Assembly: GCA_964369675.1 (NCBI GenBank)
Contig: CAYJHE010000001.1
Coordinates: forward strand, 1-54,958
DNA: 54,958 bases
Source of the DNA: an uncultured Desulfovibrionaceae bacterium
GTDB taxonomy: Bacteria; Desulfobacterota; Desulfovibrionia; Desulfovibrionales; Desulfovibrionaceae
Direction of reading: 5' to 3'
Part shown: one piece after another, positions 26,458 to 36,429 of the stretch
Layout: every line of letters begins with the position of its first letter
Position numbering within the stretch: the stretch's first letter is position 1
The notes under the pieces: generated by a model
What the model saw: only the letters and a program-made list of their open reading frames with translations
Databases searched by the model: none
Told to the model about the DNA's origin: nothing
Translations under genes and position numbers: made by a program

Positions 26458-27036
26458 AAAAGACTCCTTGTAAAATAAAGTTGAAAAAAGTTTTTTTGAA
26501 ACTAATTAAAAATTATCATGTAGACAGACGAATGTCAACAGTTAAAATTTTTACTTCGACTACTTTATAGCAATCCTTGTTGTAGCATAATTAGCTCTAT
26601 AACAAGATTTGCAAGCGATTTACTTTTTTTTACAACAATTTCAAAATCTTATTTATCTCATAAAATTTAATTGTAATGACAATAAATTTAGTGATGAAAT
26701 ATTTAAAGTTAGGTAAATTACGGCAAACCCTTAATTAAAGTAGAAAGCTATGCCTATTAGGAAAAGCCTTCTTGCGCTTAGGCAAGTTTCGCTTGACATT
26801 TTCTTAGCTCTACTTGTTAAAGAGGATTTTCACTTATCAACAACTCATCTACAAATAATTCACCAAAATATCTTCCTGTCACAAGTTTTGTTTTTATTGC
26901 CTTAAACAGCGCTTCTGCCATAACATTTTAAATCACACTTTTTCCTTTTATTATTTGACTTTTTAAGTTAAATTATATATGAATTATACTACTTTTTTTA
27001 CTTTTTAATGATTTAATAAAATATTGGGAAAGCTCT

Positions 27037-28938
27037 ATGAAATGGTTATGCTTTAAACTAAAAAAGATAAAGCATTTGCTTATTTTAATGCTCTTATTTA
27101 TTTGGCTTGTTTTTTCAGGTGTAATTTTTCTTGTGCAAATGACTGCAAATGAACTTGATGAATTTGACCAAATGATGCAAACCGTTGCACAAAATGATGT
27201 CAATGCCGTAGAGCTAACTTTTTCAAAGTATATCAGTATATTATCTTTAGCAGCTAATTCTTATAAGTCAAGCTCTTCCGTGAACAACTATTTTAGGCAA
27301 ACAGCTGTTGAGCTTGTCAGAATGGAAGATTTTTCTTACATTAATTTAGTTTTGCCAAAGCCACTTACATCTGCCCGCGTTTTGCATGAGGGCGTGATGT
27401 CAATTGAGCGCGATTTCAGCGAAAAAATGTTTTCAAAACAGCTCTTTATCAGTGATGTCTACGATGATGAAATTATCAATGAACCAGCTATAGAAATCAA
27501 TGTTCCTATTATGCGTAGCGATGGCAAATTAGAAGCTTATTTAGTTGGGGTTTTGAGTACTAGAGCTCTTTCTAAAAATTTTTCTAAGATGTTTTATGAC
27601 CTTGGCGGTTATTTTAATATTGTGGATTCACAGGGGCGATATATTGCTGCAAGTGACTCTGAAGATATGCTTCTTATGGATATTTCCTTTTTAGATGCTA
27701 TCGAGCTTGTTACTCCACTAGAAGGTTATGACCCTAATGATGTGCGCAGAGCTTTTAGTGAAAGAACAGAAGGGATGGTGCGTTATTATGTAGGCGATGA
27801 AAGCCGCGCAGCTTATTATTCACCTATTAATATTAATAATTGGATAATCTTTCTTGTTGTTTCTGAAGAGCTTATTGAGAGTGGAGTATGGTCTGACTTT
27901 AGACCGATTTCCATTTTAATTTTTAACATTTCATGTATTTTCGCTATATTACTTCTTTGGGTCTATCGTTCACAAAGAGATTTGAAGCAATTTGCTGAGG
28001 CAAATGAGAAGAATTTTCACTTTATGGCTGAGCAAACAAATAAATGCATTGTTGAGTGGAGATTTAATGAAGGAAAAGTTAAAATTACAGGTAGATTGAA
28101 TGAACTTTTCAATATAGACGCAAATGTTGCCACAGTAAGTTGTGATGAATTTTTCAAAATGCTTTTTTTAGATGATGTTAAAAAAACAAAAAATCTTATA
28201 CAAAATCTTGAAAAAGGTTTAAACATAAATGATGTAAAATTCAGATTAACTTCCAATTCTCAAAACTTTATTTGGTGTAGTTTTTCTGCTGTGCCAATTT
28301 CAGTAAAAGATAATGAAACGTGTGAAATTGCTATTGGATTTTTAGAAAATATTCACGAACAAGAAGAAGAAGCGGCATTATTGCGCCGAATGTCAGAGCT
28401 TGATTCACTCACTCAAGTTTATAATAGAGGCACAACCGAAGCTTTAATTGAAAAAACAATCAAAAACTCACAAACTAAAGACAGTCAACATACTTTACTT
28501 ATTATTGATTTAGATAATTTTAAGAAGTTGAATGATACTTTTGGGCATCAATACGGCGATAAAGTAATTAAGGAAATGGCTTCATCTCTTTCTTCTTTGT
28601 TTAGAAAAAGTGATATTGTTGGGCGTGTTGGCGGTGATGAATTTTTTGTTTTTATGCTCGATACTCATTCTGAAAAATTTATTATTGATAAATGCAATGA
28701 AGTTCTTGCTACTCTAAAAAATGTGCATAGTAATGAAGAAGGACATGTTGAAGTTTCAGCAAGTATTGGTGTGGCGATGTTTCCTCAAGATGGCGAAACA
28801 TTTGCAATTCTTTACCATAATGCCGATCATGCCTTATATTTAGCAAAAAAGAGAGGAAAGAATATATATAGATTTTTCGATGCTAAAACAGTGACTGAGC
28901 ATTTTTCTGAGAATACAAATAAAGAAATCATTGAATGA
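27037..28938 (+). CDS. membrane sensor diguanylate cyclase (Cache-like periplasmic domain - TM - PAS-like - GGDEF)
   Basis: Two TM segments flank a ~250-aa extracytoplasmic domain. The C-terminal GGDEF domain has RVGGDEFFVF and the upstream LDNFKKLNDTFGHQYGD. The gene ends in TGA. Confidence 0.9.
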   Translation: MKWLCFKLKKIKHLLILMLLFIWLVFSGVIFLVQMTANELDEFDQMMQTVAQNDVNAVELTFSKYISILSLAANSYKSSSSVNNYFRQTAVELVRMEDFSYINLVLPKPLTSARVLHEGVMSIERDFSEKMFSKQLFISDVYDDEIINEPAIEINVPIMRSDGKLEAYLVGVLSTRALSKNFSKMFYDLGGYFNIVDSQGRYIAASDSEDMLLMDISFLDAIELVTPLEGYDPNDVRRAFSERTEGMVRYYVGDESRAAYYSPININNWIIFLVVSEELIESGVWSDFRPISILIFNISCIFAILLLWVYRSQRDLKQFAEANEKNFHFMAEQTNKCIVEWRFNEGKVKITGRLNELFNIDANVATVSCDEFFKMLFLDDVKKTKNLIQNLEKGLNINDVKFRLTSNSQNFIWCSFSAVPISVKDNETCEIAIGFLENIHEQEEEAALLRRMSELDSLTQVYNRGTTEALIEKTIKNSQTKDSQHTLLIIDLDNFKKLNDTFGHQYGDKVIKEMASSLSSLFRKSDIVGRVGGDEFFVFMLDTHSEKFIIDKCNEVLATLKNVHSNEEGHVEVSASIGVAMFPQDGETFAILYHNADHALYLAKKRGKNIYRFFDAKTVTEHFSENTNKEIIE

Positions 28939-29264
28939 ATCAAGTACATTTCAGAATAACCTCAAAAGACACTGTAATAATTCACTTAACAACCAAATTA
29001 TCATCTTCAAAATGACAGTTTTTTATTATAATTTTAGCATTGCTTGAAAGCGAAATACTTATACTCGGAGTATTTTTTTATTAAAATAATTAAATTTCTA
29101 CAGACTGTAGTTTGTCGCAAGATATATTGGTGGCAGCACGGCTTGAGAGAAAATTTTGTTTATTTTTTCACAATATCACAGGAAAATTTAAATATGATTG
29201 ACAAAAGCCTATGCAATACACTATACTATTAGGAAGTTAGTTTTTTAACATATATGGTTTTTGT

Positions 29265-30068
29265 ATGAAAGAAAGTAAAAATTACGCTATCCCCTCCTTA
29301 CTTAAGGCTTTTTCTATTCTTGAATATTTAGCAGACAAAGATTTTGTTGGCTTTAACCAGATTTCAAGAGACTTAAAGCTTTCAAAGTCCACCACCTACA
29401 CGCTTATCAATACTTTATTACAAGAAGGCTATGTGCAAGGTGATGCGAGAAGTGGTTATGGTTTAGGAATAAAGCTTTTTGCTTTAGGCAATAAAAGTGT
29501 TGCAAAACTAGATATTTATGACAAATCACAGAGAATAATGCAAAGGCTTTCTTCCATTTTAGGCTACACCTCTCACCTTGGAGTGCTAGACAGAAATAAA
29601 GCCCTTTATATTGCCGATGTGAAATCAAATAATTATGAAGAAGCTCCCTCATGGGTGGGTTCTCAATGTTCTTTGCAGACTTCTGCTATGGGTAAAGCTA
29701 TCTTGGCTTGGCGTAATTCTGAACAAGTAGAAGAATTATTATACGAAAATCCGCCTGTATACTACACAGAAAGGGCTATTTTGAATATAAATGGTTTTAT
29801 GTTACATTTAGACAATGTGCGAAAACATGGAGTTTCTGTCAACAATAGAGAAACAGACGAAAACTTTGTTTGTGTTGCTGCGCCTGTTTTTTGTGCAAAT
29901 CAAACTTCTATAGGCGCTATTAGCGTTTCAGTGCCCTCAGGTGAAATAAATAAAGACTTGTTTAAACTCCTCACGAAAAGCGTTCACGATGCTTGCGGCA
30001 AACTTTCAAAAGAACTTGGCGCACAGCACTACCCTACTTATCGTACAGTTGCTTTTCCTGCCAACTAA
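29265..30068 (+). CDS. IclR-family transcriptional regulator
   Basis: N-terminal wHTH (LLKAFSILEYLADKD…ISRDLKLSKSTTYTLINTL) and a C-terminal IclR effector domain of typical length (267 aa). Confidence 0.85.
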   Translation: MKESKNYAIPSLLKAFSILEYLADKDFVGFNQISRDLKLSKSTTYTLINTLLQEGYVQGDARSGYGLGIKLFALGNKSVAKLDIYDKSQRIMQRLSSILGYTSHLGVLDRNKALYIADVKSNNYEEAPSWVGSQCSLQTSAMGKAILAWRNSEQVEELLYENPPVYYTERAILNINGFMLHLDNVRKHGVSVNNRETDENFVCVAAPVFCANQTSIGAISVSVPSGEINKDLFKLLTKSVHDACGKLSKELGAQHYPTYRTVAFPAN

Positions 30069-30131
30069 GATAATTTAAATTTTTGCTCTAAGCTAGTGCA
30101 AGTTCAATTATTTATGAAGTGTTCTAAAATG

Positions 30132-30171
30132 AAAAACATGTTAAACTACTTATAGTTTAACATGTTTTTTT
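30132..30171. terminator. bidirectional intrinsic terminator
   Basis: AAAAACATGTTAAACT-(6 nt)-AGTTTAACATGTTTTTTT: perfect 13-bp stem with an A-run before and a T-run after, between convergent genes. Confidence 0.8.
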
Positions 30172-30217
30172 ATGGGAAAAGCTCTATTTGAGAGATGCTT
30201 GAGCTTTTTTTGGGGGA

Positions 30218-32335
30218 CTATTCAGTTGAAGTGATGAGAGCGTCAGCAACACCAACGCCTTTTTCGTAAACAAAAAGAGGATTTATATCCATTTCTCTAA
30301 GTGTGTCAACTCTTTGTACAGCATAATCAGATACCTGAACAATCATATCAGCAAGAGCTTCTATATCTAAAGGAGCAGAACCTCTGTAGCCTGTAAAGAG
30401 CTTTGAAGAAGTGAGTGAGTGAATCATTTCCATTGCTTCAAATGTATTACAAGGTGCTGGATACATAGCAACATCTTTGAATAATTCAACAAATACGCCA
30501 CCAAGTCCAAACATAATCATAGGGCCAAATTGTGGGTCTGTATTGATACCAATAATGGCTTCTGTGCCTTTATCGAGCATTTTTTGAACCAAGCAACCGT
30601 TAATACGCGCAGAACTCTTATATTCTTTTGCATTTTTCATAATTGTAGAAAATGCTAAGCGCACATCGTCTTCATTTTTCAAATTAAGCTTCACGCCGCC
30701 AGCTTCTGTTTTATGCAAGATATCAGGTGAATCTATTTTTAATACAATAGGATAACCAAGCTCATTAGCATACTTCACAGCCTCGTCTTCATTTGTTGCA
30801 AGGCTAATTGCAGGAACTGGAAGCCCAGCTTTTGCAAGTAATTGCTTACTTTCATATTCTGAATATGAAGTGACTTTTGCATTCATATCAAAATTCTTAG
30901 GCAAAGCAAGTGAAAGACTACGTTTATCAACACTTTGCAAGAAAACAGAATAATTAATAATTTTTTCAATTACACCATAAGCGTATTTTGAAGGTGGCAA
31001 TATTGGAACACCTGCTTCCATAATGACATTGCAAAGTGATTCTTGTCTGCCTGATTCAATTAAAGGAATAACAAAAACAGGTATTTGCCCCTTACTTTCT
31101 CTTGCCATTCTTGCTATTCCATTAGCCATAATGATAGTAGCAGGAGCTTTGTCGTTGTCAGGTGCAAGTGTGAGCCCAACAATAACAGCATCTACCTTAC
31201 TGTCTTTTGCTATAGTATGAATAACTTCTGTATAGATATCTTCATCATAGCAAATTGAGGAAGTGCCGTCTAAAGGATTTGCCACAGTAGCAAAGCCTGG
31301 CAAGAATTTTTGTAATTTTTCAACTATAGGGGCATCGAAGTCTTGGAAGTCTATACCAAAACTTTCAGCGCAGTCAGCTGTGATAGCTGTTTCGCCACCA
31401 GAGCCGTTTAATGCGCCAAATCTATTGCTTTTTGGAAGTGTAGGCAATAAAGACAAAGTAGAAGTCACACTTACTAATTCTTCTATATCGTCAACACGAA
31501 TAATACCGAATTTTTTACATAAAGCGTCAAAAGACTTATCAGAACCAGACAAAGAGCCTGTGTGTGAAGCAGCTATAAGAGAGCCTTTTTCACTTCTGCC
31601 AGTTTTGAGAATAACTAAAGGTTTTTTCTTTTCAACTGATTTTTTAAGACAATTTACAAATTTTTCTGGCTGGGTGATGCCTTCGATATAGGCTGCAACA
31701 ACCTTTGTGTCTTCATCGTCAACCAAGAATTCTAAATAGTCTTCTATTTGAACAATCTTGCTATTGCCTGATGAAATCATGTAAGAAAAAGCAGTTTTAT
31801 AACTGTCATTCATAGAAATACATACTTGCCCACTTTGTGCAACAAGACCTATTTTTCCAGCTGTATCACGCTCTTTGATAACAAAAGCCATAGATGGAAT
31901 TTTGTCAACAAAGTTATAAAAACCACCGCAATTTGGCCCCATAAGAGCAATGCTATTCTTTACACAAAAGTCTTTAAGTTCTGCTTCGTCTTTAACGTCT
32001 TGCGGGTCGCCTGTTTCAGCATAACCACTAGCGTACACAACAGCTGCGCCGCAATTCTTTGTCACACCTTCAGTCAAGATTCCAAGCACAGAAGCTTTTG
32101 GTGTGCAAATAATAAGTAAGTCAACGCTATCCACAGGAAGAGCTGAAATATTTGGATAACATTTATGCCCAAATACGCTGTCTCTTTTTAGATTCACAAA
32201 GAAAACCTTATTATTTTCTATTTTATCCTTACAAGAATGCACAAAATGCCTACTTGTAAAGCCACCGTAACTATCGCCTTCGCTTGCGCCAATAATAGCC
32301 ACTGTTTGCGGTTTTAATAGTCTTGAAATATTCAT
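30218..32335 (-). CDS. ADP-forming acyl-CoA synthetase (fused alpha+beta; NDP-forming acetate/acyl-CoA ligase family)
   Basis: 705 aa. N-terminal CoA-binding domain (LLKPQTVAIIGASE), a succinyl-CoA-synthetase-like ligase-CoA domain and a C-terminal ATP-grasp domain. Confidence 0.85.
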   Translation of the reverse strand: MNISRLLKPQTVAIIGASEGDSYGGFTSRHFVHSCKDKIENNKVFFVNLKRDSVFGHKCYPNISALPVDSVDLLIICTPKASVLGILTEGVTKNCGAAVVYASGYAETGDPQDVKDEAELKDFCVKNSIALMGPNCGGFYNFVDKIPSMAFVIKERDTAGKIGLVAQSGQVCISMNDSYKTAFSYMISSGNSKIVQIEDYLEFLVDDEDTKVVAAYIEGITQPEKFVNCLKKSVEKKKPLVILKTGRSEKGSLIAASHTGSLSGSDKSFDALCKKFGIIRVDDIEELVSVTSTLSLLPTLPKSNRFGALNGSGGETAITADCAESFGIDFQDFDAPIVEKLQKFLPGFATVANPLDGTSSICYDEDIYTEVIHTIAKDSKVDAVIVGLTLAPDNDKAPATIIMANGIARMARESKGQIPVFVIPLIESGRQESLCNVIMEAGVPILPPSKYAYGVIEKIINYSVFLQSVDKRSLSLALPKNFDMNAKVTSYSEYESKQLLAKAGLPVPAISLATNEDEAVKYANELGYPIVLKIDSPDILHKTEAGGVKLNLKNEDDVRLAFSTIMKNAKEYKSSARINGCLVQKMLDKGTEAIIGINTDPQFGPMIMFGLGGVFVELFKDVAMYPAPCNTFEAMEMIHSLTSSKLFTGYRGSAPLDIEALADMIVQVSDYAVQRVDTLREMDINPLFVYEKGVGVADALITSTE

Positions 32336-32347
32336 AAATTACCTCTA

Positions 32348-32899
32348 TTATGCGAATTTTGCTGCATAAGCATAGCCAAGATCAAAGGCTTTTACATTCA
32401 TTGCATTAAACTTGTCCTTGCCTTTTTTTGCAAAATAGTCACACATAGCTTCTTTATATACATCGCCTGCAACAATGCCAGTTGCTTTTGACATAGCACC
32501 AAGCATGATGATATTTGCGCCATTTTTATTGCCTAATTCTTCGCCTAATTCAACTATAGGGAGTGAAATAACTTTGATATCATCTCTGTATGTTCTGCCT
32601 TCAGAAGCAAGTGATGAATTAACAAACATAAAGCCGTCTTTTTTTACTTGTGCTTCAAATTTATCAACAGCCGGTTCATTTAAAGTGAAAAGTATATCGA
32701 TTTCTTTAATATAAGGACTTGCTATGAATTGATCAGAAATTTTAACACTGCAATTTGCTGTGCCGCCACGCATTTCAGAACCATAAGAAGGAAACCATGT
32801 CACTTTCTTGCCGTCGTAATGCGCAACTGAAGCCGTAAGCATACCCGCAGTCAAAACACCTTGTCCGCCAAATCCTGCAAAAATAATACTTTGTAACAT
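32348..32899 (-). CDS. 2-oxoacid:ferredoxin oxidoreductase, gamma subunit
   Basis: 183 aa. IIFAGFGGQGVLTAG is the hallmark GxGGQG of OFOR gamma. Confidence 0.85.
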   Translation of the reverse strand: MLQSIIFAGFGGQGVLTAGMLTASVAHYDGKKVTWFPSYGSEMRGGTANCSVKISDQFIASPYIKEIDILFTLNEPAVDKFEAQVKKDGFMFVNSSLASEGRTYRDDIKVISLPIVELGEELGNKNGANIIMLGAMSKATGIVAGDVYKEAMCDYFAKKGKDKFNAMNVKAFDLGYAYAAKFA

Positions 32900-32902
32900 A
32901 TT

Positions 32903-33628
32903 TTATCCTCTTTTAATGTATTCACCTAATGGAAATACAGGCAATACGTCATTTTTAATGCGTTCAAGCGACTTGAGCGGTGTCATGTACCAGTTTGTAG
33001 GACAAGGAGAAAGAATTTCAACAAAGCTAAAGCCTTCATTATTCATTTGAGCTTCAAAAGCATTTCTGATATACTTCTTTGTTTGCCTAATAGACTTTGC
33101 ATCAACTAAAGTTCCACGAGCAAGATAGCCCATTTCAAAACCTTTCAACACTTCCATAATATTGAGTGGCATGCCGTGTTGTTCTTTAACACGTCCCTTA
33201 GGTGAGGAAGCGGTTTTTTGCCCAATAAGAGTTGTTGGCGCCATTTGGCCGCCTGTCATACCATAAATATTATTGTTTACAACAATCATAGTGACATTTT
33301 CATTTCTAATTGCAGCAGACATAGTTTCAGCAAGCCCAATAGCATAAGCTGCGCCATCACCACATCTACCATAGATAAGATGTTCAGGACGAACGCGCTT
33401 TAAACCTGATGCAACAGCTGCCATTTTCCCATGTGGGCCAACTACATTGTCTATTTTCAATGACCTTGTAGCCATATAAGAACAAGCAATATCAATAGAG
33501 CAAATAGTGGATTTTTCCATACCCATTTCTTCAACAACTTCTGCAAGAAGTCTGTCTACTATAGAATGCCCACAACCAGGACAATAAGTATTTTCTTGAG
33601 TGATTAATTTTGGTGCGATAAAAGCCAT
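32903..33628 (-). CDS. 2-oxoacid:ferredoxin oxidoreductase, beta (TPP-binding) subunit
   Basis: YCPGCGHSI at the N-terminus and a GDG…NN TPP-binding motif (GDGAAYAIG…VVNNNIYGMTGGQ). Confidence 0.88.
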   Translation of the reverse strand: MAFIAPKLITQENTYCPGCGHSIVDRLLAEVVEEMGMEKSTICSIDIACSYMATRSLKIDNVVGPHGKMAAVASGLKRVRPEHLIYGRCGDGAAYAIGLAETMSAAIRNENVTMIVVNNNIYGMTGGQMAPTTLIGQKTASSPKGRVKEQHGMPLNIMEVLKGFEMGYLARGTLVDAKSIRQTKKYIRNAFEAQMNNEGFSFVEILSPCPTNWYMTPLKSLERIKNDVLPVFPLGEYIKRG

Positions 33629-33630
33629 GA

Positions 33631-34713
33631 TTAAAACACCTCCTCTTCCTTCACTTTTCCTGCCAAGATATCCTTGGCAAATTGTACAGCGTATTCTGCA
33701 TCAGGAACAATTCTTGCTGAAGCATAGCTGTAACAAGGTGTTTTAAACTTACATGCCTGCATCACATCTTCAAGCATCTGCGACATTGAATTCATTTCAA
33801 TAGTAACAAAAGCTTTACAATTTGAACCCACCTTTGCAAAGGCTTTACGAGGGAATGGCCAAAGTCTTTTTGGACGAATAAGCCCAAGATTTAGGCCTTG
33901 TTCCTTGCTAAGGTTTATAGCTTCGTGAGCTATACGCGAAGAAATACCAAATGCAACAAAAATAAGGTCAGCATTTTCTATATTCACTTCTTCCCAATCT
34001 TGCTCTACGTCCATAATATGACGCATTCTTTGAACAAAACCCTTATGGTAATCTACATCATTGAAAAATAAATCTGTGATGGATTTTGCTTTGCTGTCAG
34101 GTAAATTATCATTACCATCGCCTTTTACAGACCAGTCATAAGCATCTATGCTATGTTCAACAAAATCAGGCAAAACAACAGGTTCTACCATTTGGCCAAT
34201 TGTTCCGTCTGATAATATAACAACAGGTTGTCTGTATTTTTCAGCTAAAGCAAAAGCTTCAAATGCCATATCAGCACTTTCTTGCACTGAATTTGGCGCA
34301 AGTACTATATGTCTGTAGTCACCATGACCACCGCCTTTGACAACTTGCCAATACGCGTCTTGACCTTGATGAATACTACCGCCACCTATACCGTAACGCA
34401 TTACATTTACAAATACAGCAGGAAGGCAAGCACCTGTAATATAGGAAATACCTTCTTGTTTAAGTGAATAGCCACAACCTGAAGAAGAAGTCATTGCTCT
34501 AGCACCAGCTGCTGCTGCACCAAAAACCATGTTTATGCTAGCGACTTCAGATTCGCCTTGTATAAATTCACCGCCAACTTCTTTCTGGCGCCATGCCATA
34601 TATTCTAATACTTCACTTTGTGGAGTGATTGGATAGCCAGCATAAAATCTGCAACCACCTCTGATTGCACCTTCTGCTAAGGCTTCGTTTCCTTTCATTA
34701 ATTTACCTTGCAT
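33631..34713 (-). CDS. 2-oxoacid:ferredoxin oxidoreductase, alpha subunit
   Basis: MKGNEALAEGAIRGGCRFYAGYPITPQSE is the typical OFOR-alpha N-terminus. The ATG at 34713 is preceded by GGAGGAG; the track start at 34728 overlaps the delta stop. Confidence 0.88.
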   Translation of the reverse strand: MQGKLMKGNEALAEGAIRGGCRFYAGYPITPQSEVLEYMAWRQKEVGGEFIQGESEVASINMVFGAAAAGARAMTSSSGCGYSLKQEGISYITGACLPAVFVNVMRYGIGGGSIHQGQDAYWQVVKGGGHGDYRHIVLAPNSVQESADMAFEAFALAEKYRQPVVILSDGTIGQMVEPVVLPDFVEHSIDAYDWSVKGDGNDNLPDSKAKSITDLFFNDVDYHKGFVQRMRHIMDVEQDWEEVNIENADLIFVAFGISSRIAHEAINLSKEQGLNLGLIRPKRLWPFPRKAFAKVGSNCKAFVTIEMNSMSQMLEDVMQACKFKTPCYSYASARIVPDAEYAVQFAKDILAGKVKEEEVF

Positions 34714-34727
34714 ATATATCTCCTCCA

Positions 34728-34928
34728 TTAATCATTTATGGTAAAAACGAGGTCAGGGCATACGGTAAAACATATTCCGCAACCAATGCAAAGACTTGTA
34801 TCAACAACTATAGTTTGATAGCCTTTACTATTTGTTTCATTTCCAATGGAGATACATTGTTTTGGGCATTGCTCCACACAATAATAGCAACCCTTGCATT
34901 TATTTGTATCTGTAAGCGCTACGCTCAT
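34728..34928 (-). CDS. 2-oxoacid:ferredoxin oxidoreductase, delta subunit (2x[4Fe-4S] ferredoxin)
   Basis: 66 aa with two CxxCxxCxxxCP motifs (CKGCYYCVEQCP, CIGCGICFTVCP). Confidence 0.85.
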   Translation of the reverse strand: MSVALTDTNKCKGCYYCVEQCPKQCISIGNETNSKGYQTIVVDTSLCIGCGICFTVCPDLVFTIND

Positions 34929-35007
34929 ATTTATTTTCCCTTATAATTATTGATTATAGCTTGGCTATGCTTTCAAAACAAGATATTTCAAAAGCATAGC
35001 CCTTATT

Positions 35008-36360
35008 TTATAAATCGTTTTCTGCTTGAAGTTTTGCAATATTTGCCTTTGCGTTCTTCATAACAATCCATGCAAGTACGCAACCAACAATTGCAACAAC
35101 AACAACAGAAGCAAATATCATTTGATAGCCTGCAATACCAGGATTTGCATCTAACCAGTCACCCCAAATTTTGAAGATGAAGGCATCTGAAGAGTAAGCA
35201 ATAACAGACGCTGCACCGCATACCATACCTGTTTTTGAAATACCAACACCACATTCACCCAAGATAGCCCAATACACGCCTCTAAAAGAAGTGATAAGGA
35301 AGGTGATAATACATGCTAAGCCAACAGCTAACCAAGTGAGGTTCATTCCACCTGTAATAAAGAACATAGGAATAAATGAAACAATACAAGCAATAAAGAG
35401 GTAAAGAATAATCTTAGAGCGTGTTGAATTTTTAGCAACAGATCTATCTGCAAGCCAACCACCTACAAATACGGAAATAACACCTAGTACATAAGTACGA
35501 ATAATTGCAACAACAGAAGAAGCTTCAGGTGTCATACCCATGATGTCAACAAAGTAAGGTGTGAGGTAAACGTATGAGTTATACACTAAGTAGGCACAGA
35601 AAATAATACCTGAAATTAACCAAGCACCAGGAATTTTAGCTGCTTCTATTATATCACCCCATGTAAAAGGCTTATCTTCAGTCACACGAGAGCCCATAGC
35701 TTCTTTTGGAATAATGATATAGCAAAGAACGCCAACTGTGATATATATAATACCTGAGAATATAAGTAAGTTAACAAAACCGTCTTTTACATCTGCTGCG
35801 CTTGATAAAATAGCAAGACCAACTGAAGAAATAACAAAACGCCAGAACCAACGTAATGTTTCGTTACCACCAAAAGATTTGCCTTGGTCTTCTTCATCTG
35901 CAATTAAGCGTAATGCTTTCAAAAATGCTGCCCAGAAAGTAACGAGTGAGGTTACAGCCATACCGCCATAAATAATCATCAATGTACCAAAGTCAGGCAT
36001 AGTTGAGTGCCATAAAATCAAACAACCAGTTCCTACCATTGAAAAGCTTACTAAGGAACGAGCGCTAAATTTATCAGCTAAGATACCACTAGGGATATAA
36101 CCAAACATACCAATAAGACCATAAAGTGATGCTAATTCACCTATTTGACCATTTGTCAGACCTGTTGCTTGCTGGAATTGAGTGTAATAATTTGCACGCA
36201 TATATGGCACAAAGTATAAAATACCAACTGCAACACCTAGCAGTAAGTAACCTAGCATTTGTCTTTTCTTAGACACAGCAGGTGTTGATTGTTCTTGAAC
36301 TGTACTCATACAAACCCCCATAAAGGACTTAAAACTTTTTAGAATCTTCTTCTGCCTCAT
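35008..36360 (-). CDS. MFS-type transporter
   Basis: About 12 predicted TM segments in a 6+6 layout with a central loop. The true start may be the Met at 36309 (MSTVQEQ…). Confidence 0.65.
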   Translation of the reverse strand: MRQKKILKSFKSFMGVCMSTVQEQSTPAVSKKRQMLGYLLLGVAVGILYFVPYMRANYYTQFQQATGLTNGQIGELASLYGLIGMFGYIPSGILADKFSARSLVSFSMVGTGCLILWHSTMPDFGTLMIIYGGMAVTSLVTFWAAFLKALRLIADEEDQGKSFGGNETLRWFWRFVISSVGLAILSSAADVKDGFVNLLIFSGIIYITVGVLCYIIIPKEAMGSRVTEDKPFTWGDIIEAAKIPGAWLISGIIFCAYLVYNSYVYLTPYFVDIMGMTPEASSVVAIIRTYVLGVISVFVGGWLADRSVAKNSTRSKIILYLFIACIVSFIPMFFITGGMNLTWLAVGLACIITFLITSFRGVYWAILGECGVGISKTGMVCGAASVIAYSSDAFIFKIWGDWLDANPGIAGYQMIFASVVVVAIVGCVLAWIVMKNAKANIAKLQAENDL

Positions 36361-36429
36361 TATAAGCCCAAATAAAACAGAAGAAGAATATAATTTTGGC
36401 TATACAAAGATGTATAGCCAAACTTTCAA

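Noticed and set aside
29044-29232. 62-aa ORF (TTG start) upstream of the IclR gene.
   Set aside because: It lies in an AT-rich promoter/terminator region, has no SD, and gives an implausible peptide.
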